From: Amphiscolops sp. MND2022
Taxonomy: Eukaryota
Direction of reading: 5' to 3'
Length of the DNA stretch: 64,000 nucleotides
NCBI GenBank assembly: GCA_964187785.1
Contig: OZ076409.1
Coordinates: 41,480,001-41,544,000, forward strand
Shown piece after piece: positions 1-11,466 of the stretch. The position numbers and the translations under genes were made by a program. Position 1 is the first letter of the stretch, and the number at the start of each line of letters is the position of its first letter. The notes below the pieces were generated by a model. That model did not search any database, was not told the origin of the DNA, and saw nothing but the letters and a program-made list of their open reading frames with translations.

Positions 1-1357
1 TGATGCATGTAAACACTGTATGTTTAATGTATTAGCTAAGAAATTGGACACCAAGGCGTACAGGAAAGGAAACGAGTTCAAATGTTTCCTCTCCTGTCTC
101 GCTGGACACGCAGTCCGTCCAAATTCTTAGCCAATCAGAACACGCCATTCATTTCATTCACTGTGCGCAGTATTCTAAATTAAAGGACTCTAAGGCCACG
201 CGCCGTCAGCTAGTAGTAATTTGCTGCCTATTTACGGCAAACGGACACTGAGTCCAAATTAAAGTAAAGTGCAATTTACAGTGGTAAATAAAGGCTATGA
301 TTGGTGTTTCTAATAAATACTCGTTTTGATGAAGATTACTGGACCATTTGTACCATTTGATGCTAGATATTAATAATTTACATGAATACTCAGATTAATG
401 AGTTGGTACATGTAAGTTATGGTTGATCAAATGTAATTGCATGTAATGTTGCTTAACCTCACATATGAAAGGCCTTGAGGGATGCTTGGACCTACAATCC
501 TTCTATATATGGAATTGTTGAAGGCGCTTGAATAAATCACCCCTTTGAAGTGACCCTTTCGTCATGCCGCCTTCATGGCTATAAATAGTAGGTGCTATTT
601 TTAGATAGCTGTGAAGGCTATTTTTAGAACGTGACCCTCATTATTTTGCAAGTCATGTAAACCTGAGTATATATACCGTGGACCCTAGGTCCCAAGGACT
701 TTTTTCAATTTCCTTGATACCGTAATACTCAAACTTGTTAAAATCGTTTCAACATACTCTGTTTGCAAGCCTGAGAACTTAATTTAAATTCTTACCTCTT
801 GCAATAAACTCTTATGCCTTCCACAAGAAGACAGAAAGCGAAAGCTAGAAAATCCAAAGAGATGGACATGTTGTCCGATATGGATAATTTAGACGTGATG
901 ATAGGGAGTGAAAATCCTTTAGAAAGAGAGTTAGCAGATGTAATAGACCAATCTTCCATTAATGGTGACATAGAAATTGGTAGTCACTCAAGAAATGATC
1001 TTGGAAATTTCATTCAAGGAAATGAGCCTCATGGTCGAAACGACATAAGACAATCCTTTGAAACCTTTTCAAATGAATTTAATCTTAGGTTATCTCAAGA
1101 GATGGATTCCATGATGGCCATGGTACATAGTCAGATAAATAGAGCAATCAGTACCGCCATATCAGAGAAGGTGTTACCGGAGATTCAGAATATTGTGAGT
1201 TCAATGTCTTCCTCTGGGAACAGGGACACTGAGATGAGTATGTCTCCTAGTAGTCAGGAAAATAGGGAAAATCCATCTGGCTTGAAAACAAAATTATTGA
1301 AAAAGGATTCACGGTCCGTTGGTGATTTGAGAGACACCACGGGACGTGGCTCTTACA
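1..1357 (+). mobile_element. Long (~1.37 kb) ORF-containing LTR, probably solo; its 5' end lies just before the window
   Basis: Ends in TCTTACA at 1357, where composition switches from purine-rich to pyrimidine-rich. Colinear with a minus-strand copy at 28502-29610 that begins TGTAAGA (inverted complement of TCTTACA). Shared blocks: GAAAGGAAACRAGTT, TTAGCCAATCA, TAAGGCCA, TGCTATTT. No PBS follows 1357. Confidence 0.7.
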
Positions 1358-1479
1358 CTTACCACGACTCTACTTGCCCTCTCGTTGTCCCTCGAGAAGC
1401 TCTTAACCTCAGCGATGACTTTCTATTCCCAACTGACATCCTCACTAACTATACCTTTTTCGCAAACTCAATGAACTAG
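814..1479 (+). CDS. 221-aa ORF: 181 LTR-encoded codons (basic N-terminus, helical middle; probable Gag-leader) reading through into the flanking retroelement relic
   Basis: Intact ORF MPSTRRQKAKARKS...KKDSRSVGDLRD. A decayed homologue (MPSTRRQKAKARKSRE*...KKDSRSLADFRE) starts at 28936 on the minus strand. The last 40 aa come from outside the LTR. Confidence 0.55.
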   Translation: MPSTRRQKAKARKSKEMDMLSDMDNLDVMIGSENPLERELADVIDQSSINGDIEIGSHSRNDLGNFIQGNEPHGRNDIRQSFETFSNEFNLRLSQEMDSMMAMVHSQINRAISTAISEKVLPEIQNIVSSMSSSGNRDTEMSMSPSSQENRENPSGLKTKLLKKDSRSVGDLRDTTGRGSYTYHDSTCPLVVPREALNLSDDFLFPTDILTNYTFFANSMN

Positions 1480-3892
1480 TTGATTCTCTTTCTGACGATC
1501 ACGCACGCTCTTTTTATACTACTCTCGTTCACAAACATTAATCAAAAGCCCAGTTGAACATCATTATCACGAAACTCTCCTCAATACAAATTGAAATTTT
1601 CCGCCAAAATCAACATTCCTGAAGAAATTAACAACGCTCTACCTAAACTACACCCTTCTCAATCTGCTTGAACTGAAAGTTTCCCAAACCTCACTTCAAC
1701 CTCAAACTTTTTCATTCAAACTCCTAGTCCTTCTGCATAAGTTCTCCGAACCGTAAATTCTAATGTCTGTGTAAATGCATTTTCATGCCCTACCGACAAA
1801 CGTAGAAGCGTGTCGTACACTCTAAATCTCCTTCAAATCCACCGAAATGACATCATAAGCGTACAGTTTCAACACTACACAATATTGTCTTCTTGAAGAA
1901 GCTCACTCTGCTCGAAACTCCTTCTTTTGCTAAATCCTCAAAAATTCTATCAACTATCCTTTTCTTCAATTTTCCTTCATCTCAATATACACAAGACCTC
2001 GAATTAACCAAGGACAACCTCAAAAACAGAATATATTTCTCACATAAAACTCATCTTAAAATCCTAGTTTTATTGTTCCTCCTCATGCACAAGTAACAAG
2101 TCGATGACCGTTCCGAAATTTGAATTCTGAGTAACTGTTTACGAAATTCTTTTTGTCAAAAAAATCTTCTCCTATCAAAACTTATATCTTTTTGTGACAG
2201 TACTATCAGAGAAATTGACAGAAATATCTGTAAGTTATGCAAACAAGGACAATTCTTCTCCTAACCCAGAACTTTAAAATAAATTTTTTCTTAATTTATA
2301 AACAATTCCTCAAAATAGAACACTAACGGCAATTCTCTTCAACTTTTAATGTTTTACGAAACATGAACAGTTCAACAACGTTTTTGGTGTGACCAACGGT
2401 CTTGTTAAGATTGTTTCACAACCCTTTTTTCCATCATAATCTTTGAACTGAATTCGGCACAAATCTAAAAACATAGCGTCGGTTTGGATTTCACAATCAT
2501 TCTGTTTCATTGTAACCCATCCTTCTGGTTGCTTCATTCAAATCGTTGCAAATTCCCTTTCAAAACATTTCTCCTGTTTCTTCACAGAAACCCCCCTGTT
2601 TAGCATTTCAGCAACTCCGACTCTTCTTCTTACTACCTTGACTCACGTACTGCTTACCCGCTCAACAACCAGTTTTCAGATGCCCAGTTAACTTCAGATG
2701 CTGCAACGATGACTCCACCCGTCTCTTCTGTTTTGCCACACGTCCCTTCTATTCTGCCACCGTACCCACTGCTCCAAAACACACTTTCATTTTTGCTCTT
2801 ACTACTTCAACACCCGTCTCCAATTCTAGTTGCAATCATTTCACACGGACTCCGTGTCAAATGATTGCAACTAGAATTGGAGACGGGTGTTGAAGTAGGA
2901 AGAGCAAAAATGAAAGTGTGTTTTGGAGCAGTGGGTACGGTGGCAGAATAGAAGGGACGTGTGGCAAAACAGAAGGGACGTGTGGCAAAACAGAAGAGAC
3001 GGGTGGAGTCATCGTTGCAGCATCTGAAGTTAACTGGGCATCTGAAAACTGGTTGTTGAGCGGGTAAGCAGTACGTGAGTCAGGGTAGTAAGAAGAAGAG
3101 TCGGAGTTGCTGAAAGGCTAAACAGGGGGTTTTCTGTGAAGAAACAGGAGAAATGTTTTGAAAGTCGGACTCCTCCATTGCTACATCAAGATAGCTTCAG
3201 CCTATCCTGAAGCTGGATATATAACGAAGAGAATACAGTTCACGCAGTGGTTTACAAACAAAAACTTAATAATTATCATGAAGCACTCAATTACTATGAA
3301 AAAAATTTAGACTCGTTACTACATAAACGGATCACTGATCTTACTAATATCGCAACAAACTTAACAGAAATTGCCTTTAATCACCAACTGACTTTGTCCT
3401 TGAAATGAACTTTGATTACGCCGCTAACTTACCATTGAAGCGTTTGAACTTCCCATTCACATTTATTTTCGCGAATTGATGCATAAGATTAAAGCTTAGT
3501 TGAAACGAAAACAAAATTCCTAATAAGTTCCTGCCCACGTTTCATGTTTGTCAACATTTTCCCCGTTTAATCAATCAACTTTAATTTCTCATAATTTCAC
3601 AAGGCCACGAAACAACTTTCATTGATGTCAACCATCTGTCCTCTCACTCAAAAACAAAACCCGCTCGAAATCTAAGAAGAAAATGCAATGATGTGAATAA
3701 CAAAATGTTCTTTTCGCATGTAAATCATAAACTTATAACCCTCACACTTATCTTAAATTGACTCTAACCTGAAGCCTTGTTAACCTCAACTCGACCTCCA
3801 TTGAATTGTCTCTAACTCAATATTGCAAATTGCTCGAACTCAACATCAGGAAAGAAATTTAAGAGATACATGAAGAACTATGAGCAACTTAG
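1358..3892 (+). mobile_element. Decayed 3' internal region of a diverged relative of the 18-kb element; probably continues after 21921
   Basis: 1358-1580 translates to YHDSTCPLVVPREALNLSDDFLFPTDILT and LVDSLSDDHARSFYTTLVHKH*SKAQL. These align with YNNTSRPLIVPQEYLIHYDDFLLPCNIPT and LVSSPLDDKDRTYYTALYKQTYSYNEL of the element's post-env ORF. Same G-poor sense strand. Extent beyond ~1600 is inferred from composition only. Confidence 0.6.
2557..3164. repeat. 608-bp near-perfect palindrome (inverted duplication) with 1-nt centre
   Basis: Left arm 2557-2849 (293 bp) is the reverse complement of right arm 2851-3164 (314 bp, including a 21-bp tandem duplication AGAAGGGACGTGTGGCAAAAC), with only a few mismatches. 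Centre is ACACGGA-C-TCCGTGT. Confidence 0.97.
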
Positions 3893-4304
3893 TGAGCTGT
3901 TAAAAAGTGTTGTGGTTGTTTCTTTTAGATGTTTTATTACAGACATAAGAAGTCTAAGATTTTAACAGCAGGGTCGTCTTACTTTTATCTTATAGCTAGC
4001 TAGGTCTGAGTACAATCTATTTCTGAGATCTCAGTTCTTGAAGTGCTGGAGGGAAGACCGATCGTCAGGATGAATTCTCAATTTCTCCGAGTAGATATAT
4101 TCTATTAACTAGGGTAGGTTTCATCAATTAACAATGTGACAGCAACAGGACGAATCTAAGAAGCTTGTTACAGGATATATTAAGTGAAGTTTCTTCTAGA
4201 ATAATTAGCTTTCAAATGAGATTACATTTACTAATTACTTTGGTTAAGAGTTCAGAGTATTTCGGGTTTGTAGAATCTTTGAGGACATGCATCATGGCAT
4301 CACA
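3893..4304 (-). repeat. 3' LTR (412 bp)
   Basis: Direct repeat of 21520-21921. By manual count ~9 substitutions plus one 10-bp indel. Minus strand reads TGTGATGCC...AATAAA...ACAGCTCA. Confidence 0.97.
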
Positions 4305-5365
4305 ATCAACCGGGAATATAAAATTGAAATTACATATGTTCACTTTGGGTTTGAGGAGTTCTAAAAGTTTTTGTTTTGGATGTTATATGCATGGGTTTGT
4401 TTCATATGTGTTGTACTTGAGTTGCATGAGTTTCGTTCTGTAGTGTACTATACTTAAGGAGTGAGAACAAACTAAGACGGTTCGACTTCTTACGTCATAG
4501 ACGATTCAATTGGTGCAAAAAGGTTCAAGTTCTTTCAGTTTCTTTAACTGACAGTTTTCGGTCAAGTTATTGTTGACAACTATTTACTATTTCATGTTTC
4601 TTTTTCGTATCAGCCATCGGCTTGTTTGAAAAAATTTTCATCAGCATGAGTTAGTCAGCATTGAAAGCTTTTCAAGTTGTAGAAGTAAAGCGTGAAGTTG
4701 TCAATGAGTTGTGAACCAACATTGGCGGGTATGTGAACCAAAAGTGAAGAAGTTTCTAAAAGTCAAGGTTGTAGTGAGAGTTCATTTTCAACGAAAGTGA
4801 AGAGTAGAGCAGAAGCAAAAAGTTCAAGAAAGAAAATAACTCTATCAATTGAAGATTTCAAACATTGAAAAACGAGAAGTTACAGTTTTGAAAAGTTCAA
4901 AAGAAAAATTTTGAAAATTTTTGGGGATTGCTTTTGGGAAGTAAAACAAAGTTGTAGAACATGTTTTGTAAAAGAAAAAAATTTTTTCAAAAATCTTAGA
5001 AAATTTCTTGTGCTGCGAGTAGGACTTGTTTTCTGTGAAAGATGGGGATTATAGAATTGTTAAATAGATGTATTATGCACATGACAATGGGGATATAATT
5101 TGGGAAGATATATTTTGAAAAGTTACAAAGATAATTAAAGATACAATTTTGTAAGGATTAAGCAACAGAGGGGGTAATGATAATACGATTATAAAAGATT
5201 AAGATTATGAGAGTATATAGCACTACACTGTATTGGAGTTATAATTTGATTAAATTAGGTTACAATAAGCTACAAGTTATAATTGGTAAAATTGACTGTA
5301 TAGTTCAGTTTGTAATATGACTCAATTTGGATCACATTGTTTGAAGTTTGGAGAAGAGTGTAGTC

Positions 5366-5501
5366 CATTGGAGTGTGAAGACAAGTCAAGAAGTTGACGG
5401 ACATTGGAGTGTGAAGACCAGTGAAGAAGTCGACGGACATTGAAGTGTGAAGACCAGTGAAGAAGTCGACGGACATTGAAGTGTGAAGACCAGTGAAGAA
5501 G
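5366..5501. repeat. 36-bp tandem repeat, ~3.8 copies, in the element's 3' region
   Basis: Unit CATTG(G/A)AGTGTGAAGAC(A/C)AGT(C/G)AAGAAGT(T/C)GACGGA at 5366, 5402, 5438 and 5474. Confidence 0.92.
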
Positions 5502-5743
5502 CAGGTTGAGACGACCAGTGACGAGGACAAGAAGAATGTTGGCAACGTCTGCGAACCCAGAGTGTGGATGGATGATGTTGACCATCGTGTGTGGGTGTAG
5601 TGAAGAATGTCAGCATGTGTAGGAGAAGTCCTTTGGAGGAGTGATCAGCAACCACATTTCAGTGCATCATCGAAGAAAGATGAAGGATTGAAGACGAAAT
5701 GCAGTTGAAGAGTGAAATAAAAGTGAGCAGAAGTTTTTGTAGA

Positions 5744-6195
5744 TTATTGAAACAGAGGATGTTGCGACGGAGGATGAGCTTGGTGTTGAAGCGGGTCATA
5801 TAGTTCTAATTTTTCAGTATACCCGAAATCTTTAAGCATGTTGTTAAAAGCGTCAGTGGCTTCTTGAAGAGCGGTACGGAAGTATTGATCCTTTGAAGTA
5901 AAGGAGGAATATAAGACGAAAACGACATTGGACGCCGTTTCGCAAATCGCAATTTTGGGGCCTTCAAGGTGAATGCGCGAGTATTGATCAAATGTATTTT
6001 TTTCTTCTTTATTTGTGGGACATTGTAAAGGACCTTTAAGAAAGCAATGAGACATTTCGGAGTTATTTCGTTTTTGTTTATTTCGAGCAAGAGTTTAAAT
6101 GCCATGGTGTGGAATATGGCGGCTTTGAGGCTGTGCACGTTTGAGAAATCTGAGGTCATGGTAATAATGTCTTCTGTTTCAGCATTGGGAGCCAT
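5744..6195 (-). pseudogene. Small accessory ORF B (~130-150 aa, unknown function, probably frameshifted)
   Basis: ATG-initiated 129-aa ORF (5806-6195) overlapping a protein-like 103-aa frame (5744-6055), on the element's sense strand. Confidence 0.45.
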
Positions 6196-6365
6196 GGTGA
6201 CAAAGTTCTGAAGATCGTGAAGAGAGAGAGGTGGAAATGTTCTGAAAGAATGCGGATGGAGGAGGAAGAAGAATAGATGTTTCTAAAACAAAAGAAGTGT
6301 AAGAAGAATGTTAATGACAAGTCAAAGGTGTACAACAAAATTGGGTGCTAGAATGTATCATATTC

Positions 6366-6425
6366 AGTTTTGTGCTATACTGTCTTGTATGTCTTAGTTT
6401 TGTGCTATACTGTCTTGTATGTCTT
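6366..6425. repeat. 30-bp perfect tandem duplication
   Basis: AGTTTTGTGCTATACTGTCTTGTATGTCTT twice. Confidence 0.92.
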
Positions 6426-6641
6426 GTAGCGTAGTTTTTTTACATAAATAGTTCTTTTTGACATGTACTATAGGAAAGAAGTATGTACTTTAAAGCTAGT
6501 CCTGAGGTTTCATTCAGAAAGCAAGATATTACTTTGATTAAGTAGGTAAAAATCTAAGTACCTTTGATGTTGTGTCAAAGATGTATCATAGAGTGTACCA
6601 GAGAAGAAAAATTAAGAAATTTGTATTACCTGTATAAGAAT

Positions 6642-8050
6642 TTATTGAAGATTAGTTGAGTTAAAAAGAGTAGTTACAGTTTCCAAAGCAGATTGAATTG
6701 CTTGGGATGATTGAGTAATGCGTTGAGAGTCTAAATCGAGTGTTTGAAGAAGTTTGTGTGTTCGGTCAGAGCAGTGTAGTATATGTGTGAGTGTTGTGAT
6801 AGGTGTTTCAGAGGAGTTTCGTTTATAGGGTTCAAGTAAATTTGTCATGTAGCGAAGTGTTCGGTTATTCAGTACAGAGGAAAGTTTGTAAGGAGCGTTT
6901 TTTATAGGTGAAGAGTGTGATTTATGTTCAGTTTTTTGTTCAGCTTGTACCATAAAAGAAATAGTCTTTGCAGAAATGAAGAGAAGTTCATTGTAGGAAT
7001 ACGTTTGTTTGTAGAGTGCTGTATAGTAAGTTCTATCTTTATCGTCAAGTGGAGAAGATACTAGGAGATGACAGTGAGAGGTTTGACAATTTGAGTTGGA
7101 ATGTTGCAAGGCAACAAAAAGTCATCGTAATGTATGAGGTATTCTTGAGGTACAATAAGTGGACGTGAAGTATTATTGTACGGAAGCAAACAGAAGTATT
7201 GTTTTATAGGGTCAAAGTTTCGAAGATAGCCTGTTATACAAGAGTGGTCAAGAGTGTACATACTGGTCATTGTGAACGGTGATGTATATTTGTAATTGAC
7301 GAAAATGTGATTTTGTGGTTTGGTGTATTGTAGAAATTTAGTATATGTTTGATGATGAGTAATTTTTTGTGAAATAGAAAGGAAAGATGGATCAGATTCA
7401 TCTGTTTTGAGATCGTAGATAGAAGGACGGAGAAAGTTGAATTGTAGAGAAAAAACTTTAACTCCATTATCGAGCCAATATTGGTATGGACCCAATATTT
7501 TGGAGGCAATGGTTGTGAAGAAGTCTTGATTTTTGTCATACAAGCGGAATGAATAATCAGTAGGATGCATATATAGAGAAGTTAGTTGTGCTTTAAAGAC
7601 AAAATCGCCAGTAGAAAGAAGTGGGATCAAATGATCATCGCGATTCGTGCAAATGAAATCTTTGAAGGTATTAAAGGAGGGTATATTGGTGACGAAAGAA
7701 AGATTGGATCTTTCATAATTTCATATCGCTTTTTTGGAGGAGGTGGTGTTGTTTGTGTATGATCATTATCATCTTGTGAAGGAGCAGGTTTTGAATTTTC
7801 GTGTTCAACTTTTGTGTGTTCCGTTTGTTCAAGAAAAGTTGGAGGTGTTTGTTCAGAAGTCTCGATATAGAGAACAGGAGAATCATTTGAAAGAGGTCTA
7901 GTTATAAGATCTGTTGGGGTAGCTTGTTCAAGCTGTGTTTGTAGATCAATTTGTGCTTGTGTCATTGTGTTTAAAGGAAAAACATCAACAGTCACAGTGT
8001 TATCTATTCCAAGAGGCCTTATCACTTTAAAGTGAAAGTACTGTAAATGA
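6642..8050 (-). pseudogene. Post-env accessory ORF A (~470 codons, two frameshifts, unknown function)
   Basis: Three abutting or overlapping ORFs (7627-8025, 7061-7630, 6642-7109). Contains PPPPKKR. Protein-level homologue at 1358-1580. Confidence 0.7.
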
Positions 8051-8236
8051 CACTAACGAGTGGATTTATCAACTTTAGGTGAAGAGTTTTTGAAGATTGC
8101 AATGATTAAAGAGGTGGTATTGGATTGAGGAAGATGATTTTCTGCAAGGGTTTCAAGTGGTGGAGGAGTAGCAATTGTGAAGAGAAGTAGTAGGCAAGTG
8201 TGCTGGAAGAGAGTTTGCAAAAAACTGAGAGAGTGT

Positions 8237-10985
8237 TCAAGAAGATGGAGGAGGAAAAGGATAGTTTATCGGTGAATATATTTTAACTGGTGTATCCGTA
8301 TTGGAGGTGACAGGATTGTTAATTAAAGTGTCATGTTGAGTAGTTAGATTGTCATCCGGATGAAAATTTTTATGAGTATAATTAGGAAGTGGAGGATGTT
8401 GAACAGGAGAGAAAGGAAGTGGAGCTGTTTTTTGGTGAGAATTGTGGTGTCGTTTCAGAAACAAGATATTTTTAGGAAATTGAATTTTGTTAGGACGTTT
8501 AGTATAGAAAGGTGGAGGGGAAGTAACATCGATAGAATGATTAATTAAATTTGTTGAAGTGTCAATAAAATTAACTAAGGATTTGGATTTTAAAAAGGCA
8601 CTTTTGGGTTTTTTGTTTTGAGTCTCATTGAGGACATTGACCATTCGTGCTGTAAGAACATTAAAAAAAAACCATGTGCTATGGAGCTAAAAATGGTAAT
8701 ATTATTTTTTAAATTATATTCAAAAGATATTGTTTTGTAGAGTTTGACAATGAGTGTAAGAGTAGTTTGTACAAAAAGGAATGTAGAAAAGTATATACCA
8801 CCTTGTGTGAGAATATAACAAGGGTATCCAAGAAGTGCAATAAAAGCATCTGAAAACCATGTAGGCGTAAAAAGAGGAGTTAAATTCAAGAGTTTGTCAT
8901 GTAGTCCTATACGTAATGTATTATAAGGATTACCAGAGTCTTGAGGGGAGTCTGCATCATAATTAGGAGTATTAGATGAAATGAAAGAATAGCTAAGAGC
9001 TTTGCCTAGTAATTGAAGTGTAGAATCAAAATGTTTGGAAAATAAAATACGATTCCAAAATTGGTCAAGTTGTGCATTAGAATATATACCAGCATCTTGA
9101 GCTGTAAAGGTGTTAGGACGTATTGTAGTTTTAATTTGTGAAGGTGTAAACATTAGTGGAGGTTTGCGTTTAATAGGTTCAGGTCAAAGAATGTAAAAAT
9201 CTTGATCGTCTGAATCAGGATCTAGTTCAATAATGTTACGCGGATTATTATCACATGTAATTGGTGTAGCATAATCATAAGTTTGTCTTGTAATGGGATC
9301 AACGTACATTAATGTATCTTTAAAATGTATAGGTATACGGTCGAAGCATCTATCAGTTTTATATAAAGGAGATAAAAAAAGAGGACAGTCATAAAGCCAG
9401 GCGGTTGAGCCTTCAACGTATAAGAAATTACTTCAATTATCGGTTAAAAGAAAACCAGCAAGTTGAGGATTTTGCACTGTCATTGCGAGTATTGTAAGAA
9501 GTTGATTTCGTTCTAATTCGCATATGGTATGTAGAGTATTCAGTTCTTGTACTGTCATTGATGTAAAAACATGGTTGATAGTGTAATCTATTTTCGTGTT
9601 TATATGAGCGTCAAAGTCAATGGTAGCAAAATTGTTTGTTACATTTAATGCAGGAAATATAAATTCGTTATTTGAAGTGTCCAATACTATTTTACCAGAA
9701 ATATATTCATCAATCATAGAATGAGGATTGGGTTGTCCTGTATGCATATTGAAACCATCAGTGTATGTAACAAAAAGGTCTGAGTATTGTGTAGAATAAA
9801 GAGGGTCTGGTTTACCACAAAAGTTTTGTGCTGTAGGAAAAACTTCAAATCTTGAAAGACTTGGGTTATTTGGATGTTGTGTATGAGGAGCATAAACATA
9901 GGGATGTTCTGTACCTTTGATACCAGAAGTTGTTTTAGGTTTTATTGAGTGTAGAGAACGTACAAAAGAGTCTGTTTCAATCCAATATCTATCTTCAATT
10001 TTAGTCATACGACCAATGAAATTTTGTAATGTGAAAATTAGGCAATAGTCTTCATTGAACCAAACAAGAGTAAAAGGGGTTTTCCTTGTGGGTTTACAAA
10101 AACCATCTGCAAAATAGCAGGGTAATGTATGTCCATCTATTATCATGTCAATAGATGTGTCATCATAAGTAAGTTCTACTTCGGAAATTTCTAATCGCCA
10201 ACTAACTAGGTTGACTTCGAATTGGTGATGAGCAGGACAGTTATGATAGGGGTTTTGAGTAGGGTCATATATCCAGTTTTTATCGGCGGGCATAAATGTA
10301 AATGTACCTGTGTACATTTTGTTCATATGGTATACAGTGAAAGGAGTTTGATATTGTTCCAATCGTTCTTGAAAATAATGGTCTTCTAAGAGTGTGAAAG
10401 TTTTATTGTAGTGGAGGTTGTTCAATATTTCATCATTTGTACCATTTAAATGTCTTATAATGTTTTTACATTCTAATGGATCACGAGTAACAGGAAGCGG
10501 TAATGTATTATGATTCCATACTGTTCTATCAACACGAGGTATTTTACGGAGCATTGAAAGCATACTTTTCGTTCTTTCTTTGCATAAGCAACACATTTAA
10601 AAGCTTTGATGTGTTTAGTTTTTGCGCGGACATAGACACGGGCTTTAACACTTGCATGTTTAATGTCAGAAGGAGCTTCAGTGCATTGTTTTACATTAAG
10701 TAAATTAAATTGTCTCAAATTGTGTTGTTTTGCACAGTCATAATGAGAAACCATGAGATTTGTAATATTCGGATCATCCGATGGAAGATAGTTTTCTGTG
10801 TCAGAGGGTGTTATATGTATTGAAAAGGTAAAGTTAAATAGGTGTGAATAGAGTATGAGAATTGTTATATATGAAGTTGTAAGGAGTTCAAAAAGAGGTA
10901 GTATAATTAAGACCAGAGTACGGGTTACAGAAGATGATTTCGCCATATATGATAGTAGGTATATTGAGGTCTTGTTCAAAATCAA
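8237..10985 (-). pseudogene. env: Envelope glycoprotein, class III fusion type (chuvirus G / herpesvirus gB-like), ~900 codons, disrupted
   Basis: Hydrophobic leader, then YDC...LLNVKQC, KC...RKVC, CYFADGFC...TLVW...C, FCG...YSTQYSDLFV, HINTKIDY...ICELERNQLLTILAM...NPQLAGFLL, VEGSTAWLYDC, CFDRIPI. Several N-x-S/T sites. Hydrophobic C-terminal segments near 8650-8870 and a P/T-rich tail. Confidence 0.85.
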
Positions 10986-11466
10986 TGTGTATCACTTCAG
11001 AAGGAGCAGGAGAAGTTTTATGTTCTATCTTTGAGACGTGAAACATTGGATGTGGATTTAAACCTTGAAACTTGACTTTTACTTCAAACTTGAGTTCTCG
11101 ATTCGGTGTCTGAAGGCGTTTTAGTTCTGTTTCCTTTCTTTTGTGAGATAAGAGATCGTTATTTGTAATGAAACGTTCTGCAAGGATAGAAAATCAAGGA
11201 TCGTGCTGTGGGTCGTAGATGGTTATACCATCGACACTAAGTGGGTAGTCAGCAAAATTTGGAGTTGGAGGTCTAGATTGATCTGCAGTATAATATTCAG
11301 GTATTCTAATATGTGCGGGGACAGGAGTAGGTATTATAACTTCTGAGAAAAGATTTCCGGAAAGGAATGCAGTCTGAGCGTCTGAGGAAAGTAGAGAAGC
11401 GGTATCAAAACCAGATGTAAAATATGAAGAAGGTATAAAGTCAGAAGAATTTGTTTCAGACGACAA
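10830..11466 (-). pseudogene. ~200-codon reading frame between pol and env (internal stops), unknown function
   Basis: ORF 11194-11466 continues in frame past a stop as FSILAERFITNNDLL...RELKFEVKVKFQGLNPHPMFHVSKIEH...IIYGEIIFCNP and overlaps the env start. Confidence 0.4.

Noticed and set aside
4165..4443. 92-aa plus-strand ORF
   Set aside because: Antisense across the LTR boundary, TTG start, no motifs.
5366..5501. 36-bp repeats as a CRISPR array
   Set aside because: Units are head-to-tail with no unique spacers, lie inside a retroelement, and no cas genes are present.
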